From assembly GCA_032718475.1 (NCBI GenBank), contig JAUCBJ010006746.1:1-64000 (forward strand): 64,000 bases of DNA, given 5' to 3'. Below, one piece after another: positions 13,120 to 24,284 of this stretch (positions are counted from its first letter, which is position 1; each line of letters starts with the position of its first letter). The notes below the pieces were generated by a model. The model worked only from the letters and a program-made list of their open reading frames with translations. It was not told where the DNA came from and did not search any database. This DNA comes from Nemertoderma westbladi (Eukaryota > Animalia > Xenacoelomorpha). The translations under genes were made by a program, and so were the position numbers.

Positions 13120-14533
13120 CTATAAAATATAAAAAATCACAGTTTCTAAAATATAAAAATACTCTAAACAGCTAGTCTTTCTTTCGCGGACGGCGTTTAC
13201 GCAGTTTTTTTTGAGGCTAGCAAGAGTCCTTTTCTCTTTGGGGCGAGCCACTTTACTAGGAGGGCTGTAACTCCTGGGTGAAGGGTGCAATACAATTGCA
13301 TCAGAAGGTTTAGGGTTACGGTCGATGTCTCGTCCATTTCGATATGCTTCTCCTCGAGCTGATTTTCCTCCGCTTATCGTTGGATGCGTTCGTCCAAAAC
13401 TCTTGCAGAGAATAGGGTCGTCCAAGTTCGATATCTTCTTAGAGATTCTGGATTTCCTGATCGAACTGAGATAAAGTTAATTCGTTTACCGCTTGGACTT
13501 GCTGCTGCAATTTACGTTTCTCTAAACAATTGTAGGTTCATATTCCGATCTTTTGACGAATAGTGTCCAACGCGTTTCGTACAACTCTCTCCTCCGCCTC
13601 GGTGACAGGTTGTATCGGGTTAAACAGGGACGATGATACGGTTGAATGACGATATTAGATGTCTGCGTCCCAATCCAACTAGGTAAGATGGGCGAATATT
13701 TAGGGAGCCCACAATCGGAGTGCCACCGACTAACTGTTCGGGTAGCACTAGATCTTTGAACAGTGAGTACAGTTCGGGAGGATCCATGATACTATTAGGA
13801 TCAAGAGTCTGGGTTCTCACTAGGGAGTGAGGAGGTCTGATCGAGTATTCCGGAACTCGGATCATAGGTTTATTTAAGGATCGTTTGAATCAAGCGAGCG
13901 TAGGTGATACATCGAACAAGTTTCGCTCGAAACTCCCGTAAATATAGCGAGTAAAACCGTGTTTAAAGCAACGTCTCTACGGATGTTTATGTCTTTCCGT
14001 TTGTTGGTTGGGTCTTGGGCATTCATCGTAATAATACCAAAGACACACGTCTTGTAGGGGAAACACAGGTGATATTTATTCGGTTTTACAACGTTTCTCT
14101 CAAGGATTCCAAATATACGTTGGAGTTACCGCGTTTATCCGGTTCTTTAACGTCTTCTCTTTCGAGTCGATTTCGAATAGAATTTTCGCATTCTATTTTC
14201 AGTTTATCGTTCCGACTCCGCTGGGTGGGATATTTAAATAGTACCATTTCCCTTTTCGGTGTCGAAATCGTCCGTATCGTGTAAATCGATAGGATGGCCG
14301 GTAGTTAAGAAGTCCATATACGTACCATTACGATGCGTATAGCGAGCGGTGAACTTTCTATAATCCAATTCACGCGTAAGTTGCTCCTGGGACATTGGCG
14401 GTTCGATATAATGAACATCGTCCTCCGTAGTAGTTGGACCAACGTCACCGCGTATCAAGCTATCGTCAAACGCTTGTAAAGGTAGAGTATATCGCTCCCT
14501 GATACCAAGATCATCTTCTATCAACTCAGACAT
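13120..14533 (-). pseudogene. Fragmented accessory 3' ORF of element 2 (env position, unknown function)
   Basis: ORF pieces 14234-14533, 13620-13865 and 13120-13425. Manual translation between them gives ...DPTNKRKDINI.../LREFRAKLVRCITYARLIQ, which resembles element 1. Confidence 0.5.
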
Positions 14534-15349
14534 ATCTGCTATATGAGTTTATCAATATTATAATGAGTTTACATTTAGGCTAGCGGGCGTCGCTGCCTAC
14601 CCCTCTCTGCCCCCGGACAGCGCAAGATCCTCAGCACTGGTGTACTTTCGCCGATGTGCCTATCGCCAACGTCGTAGCTGCACAACGACCACAACAACCA
14701 GCGCGAGTCACTCCACCGTCCGTCCCAAAGGCTTAGATTTACTTCAGGTTCTTACTGGAGAGTTAGGGCTACTTTCACAATTGCGACTCGCTACTGTAAA
14801 CACACTTTAGTAGTAACATTCACCTATAAACGCACAAATTCCACACAACTGTCACAAACCGCACACATTGGGGCCATTTGTCCGTTAGTCAGTGCCTTCC
14901 GGAATGCCACATTATTATTGGGTATCCTTGGATACTAGCAGTGTGCTATTTTATTCCTTATGCTATTTAATGGGGCAAGCCTTTATTGTTCTTTTAACTC
15001 ACTTCTAATTCTAGCGTGGTTGTTGCCATGGTGACATTATGGAAAGCTAGCGGTAGAATTAGGGTAATTCTCATGCATACAGATCTGGGATGCTATTTAA
15101 TAGTAATTCTTTAATGGTCAATATCCTCTCTATACATGATTTTATGAATTTTATCGGCTATTGACTATATATTGGAGATTCTCGCACACTAATACACTTA
15201 ATAGAGTGAATCTCCGCTCCCATGATCTATTAATTAAAGGAATTTTGGGAATGTTATAAATTGCATAAAAATGACAATTTATCAAATTCGTTAAAATATG
15301 AATTTAAATTTATTCCCGTAAATTTTATTATTTAATATTAAATAGACAC

Positions 15350-15645
15350 AATTTTATTCCAGAACATGTCTGGGGACTGGGATCCTTGATTCTAGGAAAT
15401 TGGTCTTTTTAAGAAGATCGGTAAGTGCTACGATATCTTAATAGACTAGAATTTTAAAGGATCTAAAATTTGACAGATTTTGTAAATATTAATAATTAAT
15501 ATTTAGGATGGGCACCAGTTTATTCCAGAACTTGTCTGGGGACGTTAACCACTGATTCTAGAATTTTGTCTTTCAAGTATATCGGTGGGTGCCGCGATAT
15601 CTTAATAGACTAGAATTGCAGATGGTCAAAGGGTTTAACAGATTT
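15350..15645. repeat. Diverged tandem duplication of about 166 bp in the element-2 non-coding internal region
   Basis: ttattccagaac.tgtctggggac ... gatatcttaatagactagaatt at ~15354 and ~15520. Confidence 0.8.
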
Positions 15646-16166
15646 ATTTTACGTTATACGCTACTGTTAAAGGGACATCACGCTACTATATGTATTATTT
15701 AATATACGGTATGAGAGCAATATCGCACAAAGCAATGTCAGTGAGAAGAGGCAAGTCGTTTCCAAGGTCTACCCAGAGCTTGGTTTAGCCGAGACACGAG
15801 GATCTGAATTTTGCATTCCTAATACTCTACTTACCAATAATACTTGAATATAGTAGGAGCTTTATTGTACTTTAATAAGTACGGACATTTCATCTTACTG
15901 TAGTTACGTATTTGTAATGTAATACGGACAGTAAGGAAAGAGAAAAAGAATGATTTCTCGCCGTCGCACTAAATATATAATAGATAAGTAATTAAGTAAT
16001 AAACGCGAATATATATTGCACTAATCTACTAAATAATCGCTAAAATAACATTCTACTAAATAAAATTAAAGAAAACGATTATAATAAAATTACATAATAA
16101 TACATACATAAATATAAAATAATAAGAATATAAAATAATATAGTCACACACCCACTCCAGACGCTG

Positions 16167-17550
16167 TTACGTTGGGGAGTCCCTAGATGTTTGTTGGATT
16201 AGGGAGGTGGTCGTGGGAAGAGTATCTTGCCTTCCATAGTTTCCGGACAGTTCTCGGTCTCTTTCCAGTAAACATAAACGACCAACTGGGCGATTGAGCT
16301 GCTGTGTCTCGAAGACAATTCCAGGTTTCCTCTTCGTCCTGGAATAGTGACGATAGAAACATCGCTTCAAATACACGACGGCCTTACAAAGCCGATTCCA
16401 GGATCTATAGTGGTCCATCGCTCCCGGCAGGAGAGGTGAGAGTCCCGGCGAGACGTCTGGTGTTCCAGATCTCCAGTCTCTCTCTCTGATCTCCACAACA
16501 GATCGGTTCGCGGTGGGGGAGTTTAGATCCACAGCGTCGTCCCTGGCAATGTGTAATACAGACAGATCTATCACGGGTTTAAATAACCTTGATTTACTCG
16601 TCCGGGTTTTAGGTTTGACTTTCTCCGCTCCCTTGGCTTGTCTAATCTCAGCCGTGGTAAGATGGGGAGGCCATTCATCTTCTTTACTTAGGAAGTCGGG
16701 TCCACCTAACCAGTCTGGAGTATCTGTCAGTTCTTGAGGAGTTGCTCCTCTGGAAGCGATGTCGGCTAGATTAATCGTCTCGGGGCAATGTCTCCATTGA
16801 TCTACATTGGAGTTAATATCGTCATTATCTGAGGAGTATGGTGTTCCCTCAGTTGGGTCGTCTACCTCACTGCTCTCCACTTCCCATTCTCTTACTTGAT
16901 ATACCTGATCTTTCGGTAATCTTTCCATGAGAGTTCTACGGGAAGGGCCAGTAAAGTACCAACCCACTCTAGTTCTTCCCGCATAAGCTTGTAGTGGTTG
17001 CGGTTGAGCAGGCCGTTTCTCCAATGTCTCGAGCGCTTCATGCGCGTTTTGACCGATGAGTATTTGCACTCCAGGGTAATCGGTGTTGAATCTAGGTATA
17101 TCAAGCTGCTGGGTGAAATCGTCCTCATCCCAGTTATAAGGTTCCACTTGGCTGGTAGCGAAGTTCTTTATCGCCACCATTTTTACTGATCTTATGCTGT
17201 GTTCTCCTAGTTCATCCTGGGGGGTGGACAACGCACCTACGTAATAATCCGCTATTACTGTAGATTTCCAAACCTGCATAATTCCTGACATGTTTAGCTT
17301 AGTTCGGAACTTGGGTTGTCCAGCAAAGATGTCTTCAGCTAGTTCTTTGTCGATGAATGTTCCTGTGCTACCGGAGTCAAGGAGGGCATTCACTATATAA
17401 CTCCTTGTAGGTCCGTGGACCCTTAACTGTACTACAGGAAATTCTCGGATTCCTACATTGGAAGTTGGTGCTTTCCAAGATGGTTGTCTGTCAGAAGTAG
17501 TTAGGGTGAGCTCGCTGTCGGTGTCCTTTTCATACGTAGTGCTCGATACA
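16167..17550 (-). CDS. Element-2 aspartic protease plus in-frame mini-pol (RNase H tail/connection and DUF5641-like tip; no RT, no integrase core)
   Basis: FPVVQLRV...NALLDSGSTGTFID, ILIGQN, RTRVGWYFTGP, QWRHCPETINLADIASRG...WLGGPDFL, YRSWNRLCKAVVYLKR, RPVGRLCLLE. The frame stays open upstream to ~17550 and overlaps the gag end (1-nt shift). Confidence 0.85.
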
Positions 17551-20284
17551 CTGCGGTATTTATCATGTAACAGGATTCATCTTCGTCGGAGAATTCATCC
17601 GTATAGAATCCTTCCATCTCAGAACTTTGGTCAGTGTCGTTCACATCACTGAATTGGACATGTAGTTCGGAATCACTTACCTGACTCGGGCTGTTTCGTT
17701 CGAATTCAGTGTGCAACAAGATATGATGTTTCGCACCGCACTTTGCACACCTTGTGTCGGAGTAACAGGTTCGCCGTTGGTGTCCTTGTCTGAGGCAATT
17801 ATAATACAACCGCTTATCCCACATGACTTCCCGTCTATCCGTTAGTGATTTCCTCAGGAATTCATTACACGCACTTAAACGGTGGGGCCCGTCGCACAGC
17901 ACACATTTTGGTTTGATGTTACTTACCTTACTTTGGGTAACGTTGTGCACACTCGTTCTTTCCTCGGGCTTTCTTACATGAATTCTCTTAGGAGACGTAG
18001 GAAGAGTTTTTCTTACCTGTTCTCTCCTGTCATTGGTTCGAGACTTGAATTTACTTACGTCCTTAGGCGTTTTGTTGTCATAGTAAGATCTTTCAGTGTC
18101 TTTCCCGCTGTCTTCCTCTTGAGAAGCCTGGCTTTCGCCGTCGTCTGTATAACACACTGGTATTACCTTTCTCCTAGAAACGGGTTTCTCACTTACCTTA
18201 TTTTCCGGTGTCTTCTCTCTGGACTGCTTTAGGAGCTGTAATTTTACCTCTCCATCTAAGAATGACATGAGATCAGCCATGGTAGGATCTCTTCGTTGTT
18301 GTTCCATCATATACAACACTGTCTTGTCCCAGCGTGTACCTACTCCACCCTTGGGCAAATTAGATGCTAAGGCTCCTACAACCATAGAATTCTGGTATTC
18401 ATGAGACTTACCTAACCAATCTAGTTGTCTACAGATCTCCTGAATCTCGTCGGAAAACTCTATAATCCCGCTGCTAAGAAACTTTCGGGGCGCCATTAAT
18501 TTCGCATATAAATACCTAGCTATGTTAGTCCTATTACCATACCTGATGTTCAGGGTATCCCAAACTTGTCTTAATCCATCTGGATGTCCAATAAACTTTA
18601 ACGCCATTAACTTGGGAGATCCTTCCAAGCACTCGATGAGGAATCTAAGTTTCTCTCCATTAGATAGCACAGAGTTCTGTATGTTATCTTTGTAATATTC
18701 ATTAAAAGGTAACCATTTCATCTCATCTCCATTGAACTTGACGATCTCTCCCACCTTTACCGCTTGACGGGCTTCGGTTCTAGCCATTTGACGCGTAAAA
18801 CTTTCTTGGGCCATCGTGTTATTTAATATCGAGTTATCGGTATATAAATTTCTCGGATTATTATCAAGTCTATATGGAATATCATTGTCAACAGGTTTAT
18901 AATTACCCTTAATAGGGTTTACTATAGGAGTTTCCACTTCGCTAGCAGTATAGATGCGTGTAGGCTCCACACCTTGCGCATGAAATACTTCAGACCTAAC
19001 AGGTTGACACATTGTTACAGGGGGTGGTGGTATACCCCTTTGTGTATTTACTAATTTATCGCGTTCTAACGCGATACTTTGCTGCACTTCTTGCAACTCT
19101 AACCTACTTTCCCTTACTGTGCCCTTGAACTGCTTAACAGTCTCCTGCATCTGCCCGAGCAGGAGATCCATCCCCCGCCGTCTCTCATCCACCCACTCGA
19201 CCGCCGAAGCGGGAGCCGCCAACGTTGTAGCGGGCGGACGAGGGACAACGGGCGACAAATCATTAATATTTCGCTCGGAGTCCAAGACATAAACTGTCTC
19301 ATGGGCTGTTCTGCTGGGCACAGGTAGCTTAGTGCTATGCAAAGAGAATTTAGAGGTAGGTTCTGGGAGTACAGGTGTCTCTATCACCGAAGGGGTGGCT
19401 TCGAGAACAGGCCTAATTATTTCAGGCTCATCTACTATATTAGGGAGTCTGTCTATTTTAATAATTTGGTCTATGGGTTCTGTACTACCTAAGTCTGTGC
19501 TAGTTAGTTGTTTTCGAACAGCTGGGGGCAAATCAGGCAAGTTCTGACGGTGGGACATTCTTCTACGTCTGCTGAGACGAGATCTATTTCCTCCACCTTC
19601 AGTATCGGTGGTATCGCCTTCCTCAGATGATGTATATCCCTGTCTTTTGGGAGTAGATCGACTCATCATCTGCATTTGACTAGCTGTTAACTGTTTATTT
19701 ATGCAGTCTTGATTCTCTTGAATATTTTCCAACTCTAGTTGGGTGGTCTCTTCAGATGCTCTTCTTTCTGCTTCTGCCACTGCTCGCTTTCTTTCCGCTT
19801 CTACTGCTGCCGCTGCCGCTTTTCTTTCTGATTCTGCCGCTGCCGCTGCCGCTTTTCTATCCACTTCTGCCGCTTTTCTTTCTGCTTCTGCCTCTGCTGC
19901 TGCCGCTGCTGCTATCTTTCTGTCTTCTATACGTTTTTTCTTTACTTGTTCTTCTTGGACTCTAGTGATGCGGAGGCGTTCATCAAATTTAGCTTGGTTC
20001 GCAGCTCTCATATCCGCATCGATTGCGTCCAACACAAGCTTGGCTCCTTCACTATTAGGGCTAAGCCCCTCCAGCCTTCTCCTCAACTCTTCATCACCTA
20101 CAAAGCGTTGATAGTCTGACAGATAGATGTCAATAGCATCCCTCTTATGCGGTTTCTCTGCTGTCGCTTCACTTTCCACTTGGGAAAAGGTAGCGTCTGT
20201 TGATTCTCCAAGGGTTGAGCGCTCAGCTAACTGAGATTTCCACGGGGCAGTTCTTTGAACTTGGAGACTCACCGCTGTAACCAA
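17501..20284 (-). CDS. gag: Element-2 BEL/Pao Gag (coiled coil, DUF1759-like capsid region, three Cys/His knuckles)
   Basis: 927-aa ORF with IVKFNGDEMKWLPF...EKLRFLIECLEG, CVLCDGPHRLSAC, YNCLRQGHQRRTC and CAKCGAKHHILLH. Confidence 0.92.
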   Translation of the reverse strand: MVTAVSLQVQRTAPWKSQLAERSTLGESTDATFSQVESEATAEKPHKRDAIDIYLSDYQRFVGDEELRRRLEGLSPNSEGAKLVLDAIDADMRAANQAKFDERLRITRVQEEQVKKKRIEDRKIAAAAAAEAEAERKAAEVDRKAAAAAAESERKAAAAAVEAERKRAVAEAERRASEETTQLELENIQENQDCINKQLTASQMQMMSRSTPKRQGYTSSEEGDTTDTEGGGNRSRLSRRRRMSHRQNLPDLPPAVRKQLTSTDLGSTEPIDQIIKIDRLPNIVDEPEIIRPVLEATPSVIETPVLPEPTSKFSLHSTKLPVPSRTAHETVYVLDSERNINDLSPVVPRPPATTLAAPASAVEWVDERRRGMDLLLGQMQETVKQFKGTVRESRLELQEVQQSIALERDKLVNTQRGIPPPPVTMCQPVRSEVFHAQGVEPTRIYTASEVETPIVNPIKGNYKPVDNDIPYRLDNNPRNLYTDNSILNNTMAQESFTRQMARTEARQAVKVGEIVKFNGDEMKWLPFNEYYKDNIQNSVLSNGEKLRFLIECLEGSPKLMALKFIGHPDGLRQVWDTLNIRYGNRTNIARYLYAKLMAPRKFLSSGIIEFSDEIQEICRQLDWLGKSHEYQNSMVVGALASNLPKGGVGTRWDKTVLYMMEQQRRDPTMADLMSFLDGEVKLQLLKQSREKTPENKVSEKPVSRRKVIPVCYTDDGESQASQEEDSGKDTERSYYDNKTPKDVSKFKSRTNDRREQVRKTLPTSPKRIHVRKPEERTSVHNVTQSKVSNIKPKCVLCDGPHRLSACNEFLRKSLTDRREVMWDKRLYYNCLRQGHQRRTCYSDTRCAKCGAKHHILLHTEFERNSPSQVSDSELHVQFSDVNDTDQSSEMEGFYTDEFSDEDESCYMINTAVYRALRMKRTPTASSP

Positions 20285-21090
20285 GTCTTTACGGCAACTT
20301 GCAACGACGTGTCTTGTCTTCTTTTCGAAGCCTCCTCAAAGGCCGATAGGATTAGTCTGATTCTTAGAATTCTTTCTCGAACTTGATAAAGCAGCTCTCC
20401 CTGCTCTTGAGGTCCTTGTGGTTGTCTAAACAATTGTTCCTCTAATCGCTCCATGGAGCTGAAGAATCCCTGTACGTATCCGGCTGCTGACCTCTTCCAT
20501 ACAGCTGGATCGCTGGTTTCTTTTGTTACTCCCATCCTGTGTATGTCTTCCCAGGCAGCTTCCGATAAGTCAAACGGGAGTCCGGGTCCGGGGAAGTTCC
20601 ATTGCGACTCGACAATAGACTTCAGTTCTTCCCTTGTGTATCCCGCATAACTATCCTTGGTCGATCGCTTACTTCTCGCCCAATCAATCTGGTGTTCCTC
20701 CACCGCAATCAATACCCTAGTGAGTACGGCTGCAGGAAGGATGAGAAGGGGATCCGAATAAACCGCATCTGTCATCTTTGCTCCGTGCTCGGGTGTCAGC
20801 TCTACAGTATCCGCACTACTGGAGCTGTCGGGCCGCTGAGAAATAAGTTCTCGGCTCGCGGGTTGCTGCTGTTCCGCTGCTTCTTGGTCCCGCTTGACCT
20901 GAGCTCGAGTGCCTATGATAGACCTACGGTGTTGGACTAGCCTAGGGTCTGATACTACTACTGGAGGGATGATCTTTCTTACAGTAGGAGGTGAGTTGAA
21001 CTTCGGTCTCACACGTTCCACACTCCTGTCTGGGTCACAGATGGTTGTATCTAGGAGACTGTCTGACAGGTTTTGCTTTGTGTCAGACAT
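20269..21090 (-). CDS. Probable N-terminal part of the element-2 Gag, frameshifted from the main ORF
   Basis: 273-aa ATG-initiated ORF overlapping the start of the 927-aa ORF by 16 nt in a different frame, with similar composition. Confidence 0.7.
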   Translation of the reverse strand: MSDTKQNLSDSLLDTTICDPDRSVERVRPKFNSPPTVRKIIPPVVVSDPRLVQHRRSIIGTRAQVKRDQEAAEQQQPASRELISQRPDSSSSADTVELTPEHGAKMTDAVYSDPLLILPAAVLTRVLIAVEEHQIDWARSKRSTKDSYAGYTREELKSIVESQWNFPGPGLPFDLSEAAWEDIHRMGVTKETSDPAVWKRSAAGYVQGFFSSMERLEEQLFRQPQGPQEQGELLYQVRERILRIRLILSAFEEASKRRQDTSLQVAVKTWLQR

Positions 21091-21219
21091 GTTTGTTTGT
21101 ACAGTTGAATGCCTACTGCTATATTACAGTTAAAGCAAGTCTAGTAATTCAGTATCAACTGTTAGCCTAGTAATTAATTACCGATACTGCTACTCAGTGT
21201 AGCGTGATATATATATAAT

Positions 21220-21490
21220 ATATTAGAATACCGGTATGCTTATAGTATATATATAAGTATTATTACAGACTAGGTTTGTCACAGAATACCGGTATATAAT
21301 TTCAGCACAAATATATATAAATATATAATAGGCCTATCGTGAATACCGGTATACAGCTTACACTTATAATGCTATACTCCCATATAAGTATAATTACAGA
21401 CTAGAATTAATCACAGAATACCGGTATATAATTTAGCCTAAATTTATAGAAATAAATATAATAAGCCTATCGTGAATACCGGTATGTCAA
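21220..21490. repeat. Tandem duplication of about 133 bp containing five ATACCGGTAT palindromes, in the element-2 5' UTR
   Basis: gaataccggtat at ~21226, 21283, 21341, 21417 and 21474. Confidence 0.8.
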
Positions 21491-22434
21491 TTATTTTAAA
21501 TAATTGAATTTCTGAATTTTTAGGGGTTACTTGGTTACTTTACTTACTTTATTACCGTTATTTGAGCAGTAGTCCAACTGATATTGAGACCTAATTGTTG
21601 TATGGCAGGCCTACTATTTATAAATCGTTTGAGTTGATTTATAATATATATACCCGTTTAATGGGTTTTTGTCAATATTTGAAATAAATGTTATTATTTC
21701 TGGGGGGAGTCACTACACAGAAGCTGTGCGCTCTCAGTGAAGTGCTACTTGTTGGACACTAAAACAAATAATTCTAATTTACCTAAGTTACTTAATACTA
21801 CAAATTACGTACAATTCGGTGTGAGATTACAATCTCTAAATAAACACAAAAATTACAAGTACGAATTTTTAGGGTAATTTTACAAGAAGTCTACAAACCA
21901 GCCTAACAAAGGGTTAGAATATCTGGTTATTACAACGGACAGGGTACTACGGTATTTGAAAATAATAAGTAGTAGTAAATATACTGCGTTGTCCAGATAG
22001 GAAAAATACCACCGTCTGACGACTTATAGCCGTATCGCTATAAGTACTACGTTATGTATCACGGAGTGTTCCTACCTAGAAGTTAATTACCGCGGTCTAC
22101 CAGAACCAACGTGCCTATTAACCACTTTACAACACAAATATACTGCCTACACACTAATTGCCTTCGGAAAGCACTGTACACTAAACCCTAAATTAGGTAC
22201 AAGTACTTATACAACAAATAATCAGTAGTTAAAAATACTTGAACAGCTAAAAGAACCACGGTATCTGCTGGAGTGACCGGGGCACAAAATCACCAGTCTT
22301 TACCTACGCCAAGCAGCCCTGATGTAGTACCGGGGTTAATTTAACTATAACGGTATATATAACAAGCACAATTACTGTAGGAATAAACTTGGGGATATGA
22401 ATGTTGCGAATAATCGCATAAACTCTGAATAATA

Positions 22435-23005
22435 AATATTACGCTACGCGTACAGACTACTCAAACAAAATGCAGACCAAATACTGACAGACTACTATCA
22501 AGCCTAAACAAACTACGGTATATGCAGACTCCGAAATGGTTAGTTAGTATGCGTTCTAACCGAGTAGTACGACTTATTCTTTCGAGGGGGTTTACCTCAC
22601 AGCACTGGAAGCCCCTACGTTCCCAACTGGCACTTTATCGGACATACACTCTACACACACCGAAATCTCTTCAGACCTAACAACAGCCAGGCAAAATCCA
22701 GCCTACAAATTATCTAAATAAGAAATATTACGCTACCCGTACAGACTACACAAACAAAGTACAGACCAAACGCTGGCAGACTACTATCAAGCCTAAATAC
22801 ACTACAGTATATGCAGACTCCGAAATGGTTAGTTAGTATGCGTTCTAACCGAGTAGTACGACTTATTCTTTCGAGGGGGTTTACCTCACAGCACTGGAAG
22901 CCCCTACTTTCCTAACTAGTACTTTTTCGGACATACGCTCTACACACACTACAGTCCCTTCAGACTTAACAACAGTCAGACAACAGTCCAGCCTAAAAAT
23001 TATCT
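22435..23005. repeat. Tandem duplication of about 289 bp in the element-2 5' UTR
   Basis: aatattacgctac.cgtacagactac ... cagccta.aaattatct starting at ~22435 and ~22724. Confidence 0.9.
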
Positions 23006-23583
23006 GTACAATCTGAGCAGGCTTACACGCCTTCTGCTCAATATTGGCCTACAAATAAATAAAACTGACAGAAATAAGTAAAATCTCAATAAAAAACCAG
23101 GGCGGGCCCTCCCTGATTCAATATTAAGGCCTACCGGTATCATGACCTACTAAACCACGACCTGCCAAGCTGCAGCAGGACCACTAAATTAGTGGGCCGA
23201 TTGATTTTTAGATGGATAAATGTGAATAAGTATATATAACATAGAATTGGCACCTCCAATGTCAACTGACAAGTTTCAAGAAGTATAATGTTGCTAATTA
23301 GGAAAAGTGTAATGTATTGAATTTATAAAATAATCGGTGCTTTCCTGTAACCCCCCCCCCCCCCCCCCCCCCCCCCATCTGATGTTAAATTCCTTTCCTG
23401 ATGTTAAAACTATGCTGTTATTGGCAGCATTGTGTGTTAAGTAGCACTTTTTCACAGCATTTATGGCACTGAGTGATTTTTTCATGAACGAGCAAAGCGA
23501 GCAAGTGCAAGCAATAAAGAAAACGAGGATTGTATGATGAATATAAATCACTTCTTACAAAACTCATAACAATATAAACATAA

Positions 23584-24207
23584 GTGAGGTTTGATCAAGA
23601 AACCGACCTACGGTTACAAAAAATAATTTTGTGTTTTTTTATACAGACAGACAGACTGACTAACACGAATTCAGACAAGCAGGATCGCGTCAAACCCATA
23701 AATCGACATTGGAAGTGGAATCGCCTTCCGAGAAAACCCCCAAAGCAAAACATTTTGTTAGATATCATGTTTCCCTAATTTTTGACAGACAAACGGACAC
23801 ACAGACAAACAGACTGATCGACAGTCTATGATCCGTCAGCCGTGGAAAGTAACAATTGCAATTAAATCACTGCACAGGAAAACTCATAGCAAAAATTATC
23901 CTGTAGGACAAATACAATTATAGTATTTTGAAAAAGTAATACTGTTACTGAATCTTACAAATAATTGGCCACTTATTTATAATAATTTCAAAATGAGTAA
24001 GGTCTACAAAAAATCAAATAACTCCAAAACTAAAATAGATATGAAAATTTCGTTTACAGTTTCAGAATTAGCAAAAAAGTCTGATCTAGAAAAAGTAAAA
24101 AAATAAAATTCGATATTTTAATACCAAATGAACTATTTTGACTTCAACCGCTAATTATGTGAAATAATATTTTGCAACGGTAGGTCGATTTCTTGATCAA
24201 ACCTCAC
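23584..24207. mobile_element. MITE of about 620 bp nested in the P-like element
   Basis: TIR GTGAGGTTTGATCAAGAAA.CGACCTAC.GTT.CAAAA at both ends. The flanks ATAAACATAA/ATAAACACAA suggest a 10-bp TSD; exact ends are uncertain by about 3 bp. Confidence 0.8.
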
Positions 24208-24284
24208 ATAAACACAAATGATTTTTCGAATATAAACTATTGACAATTATAATTATTATTGACATTGACATTGTATTACTATAA

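Noticed and set aside
17500-17560. Programmed gag-PR ribosomal frameshift
   Set aside because: No clear slippery heptamer, and the homologous stretch in element 1 (6282-6683) reads through in one frame, so a simple indel is more likely.
23350-23376. Poly-C tract (also 31981-32004) as a functional G-quadruplex element
   Set aside because: Simple homopolymers with no supporting context.
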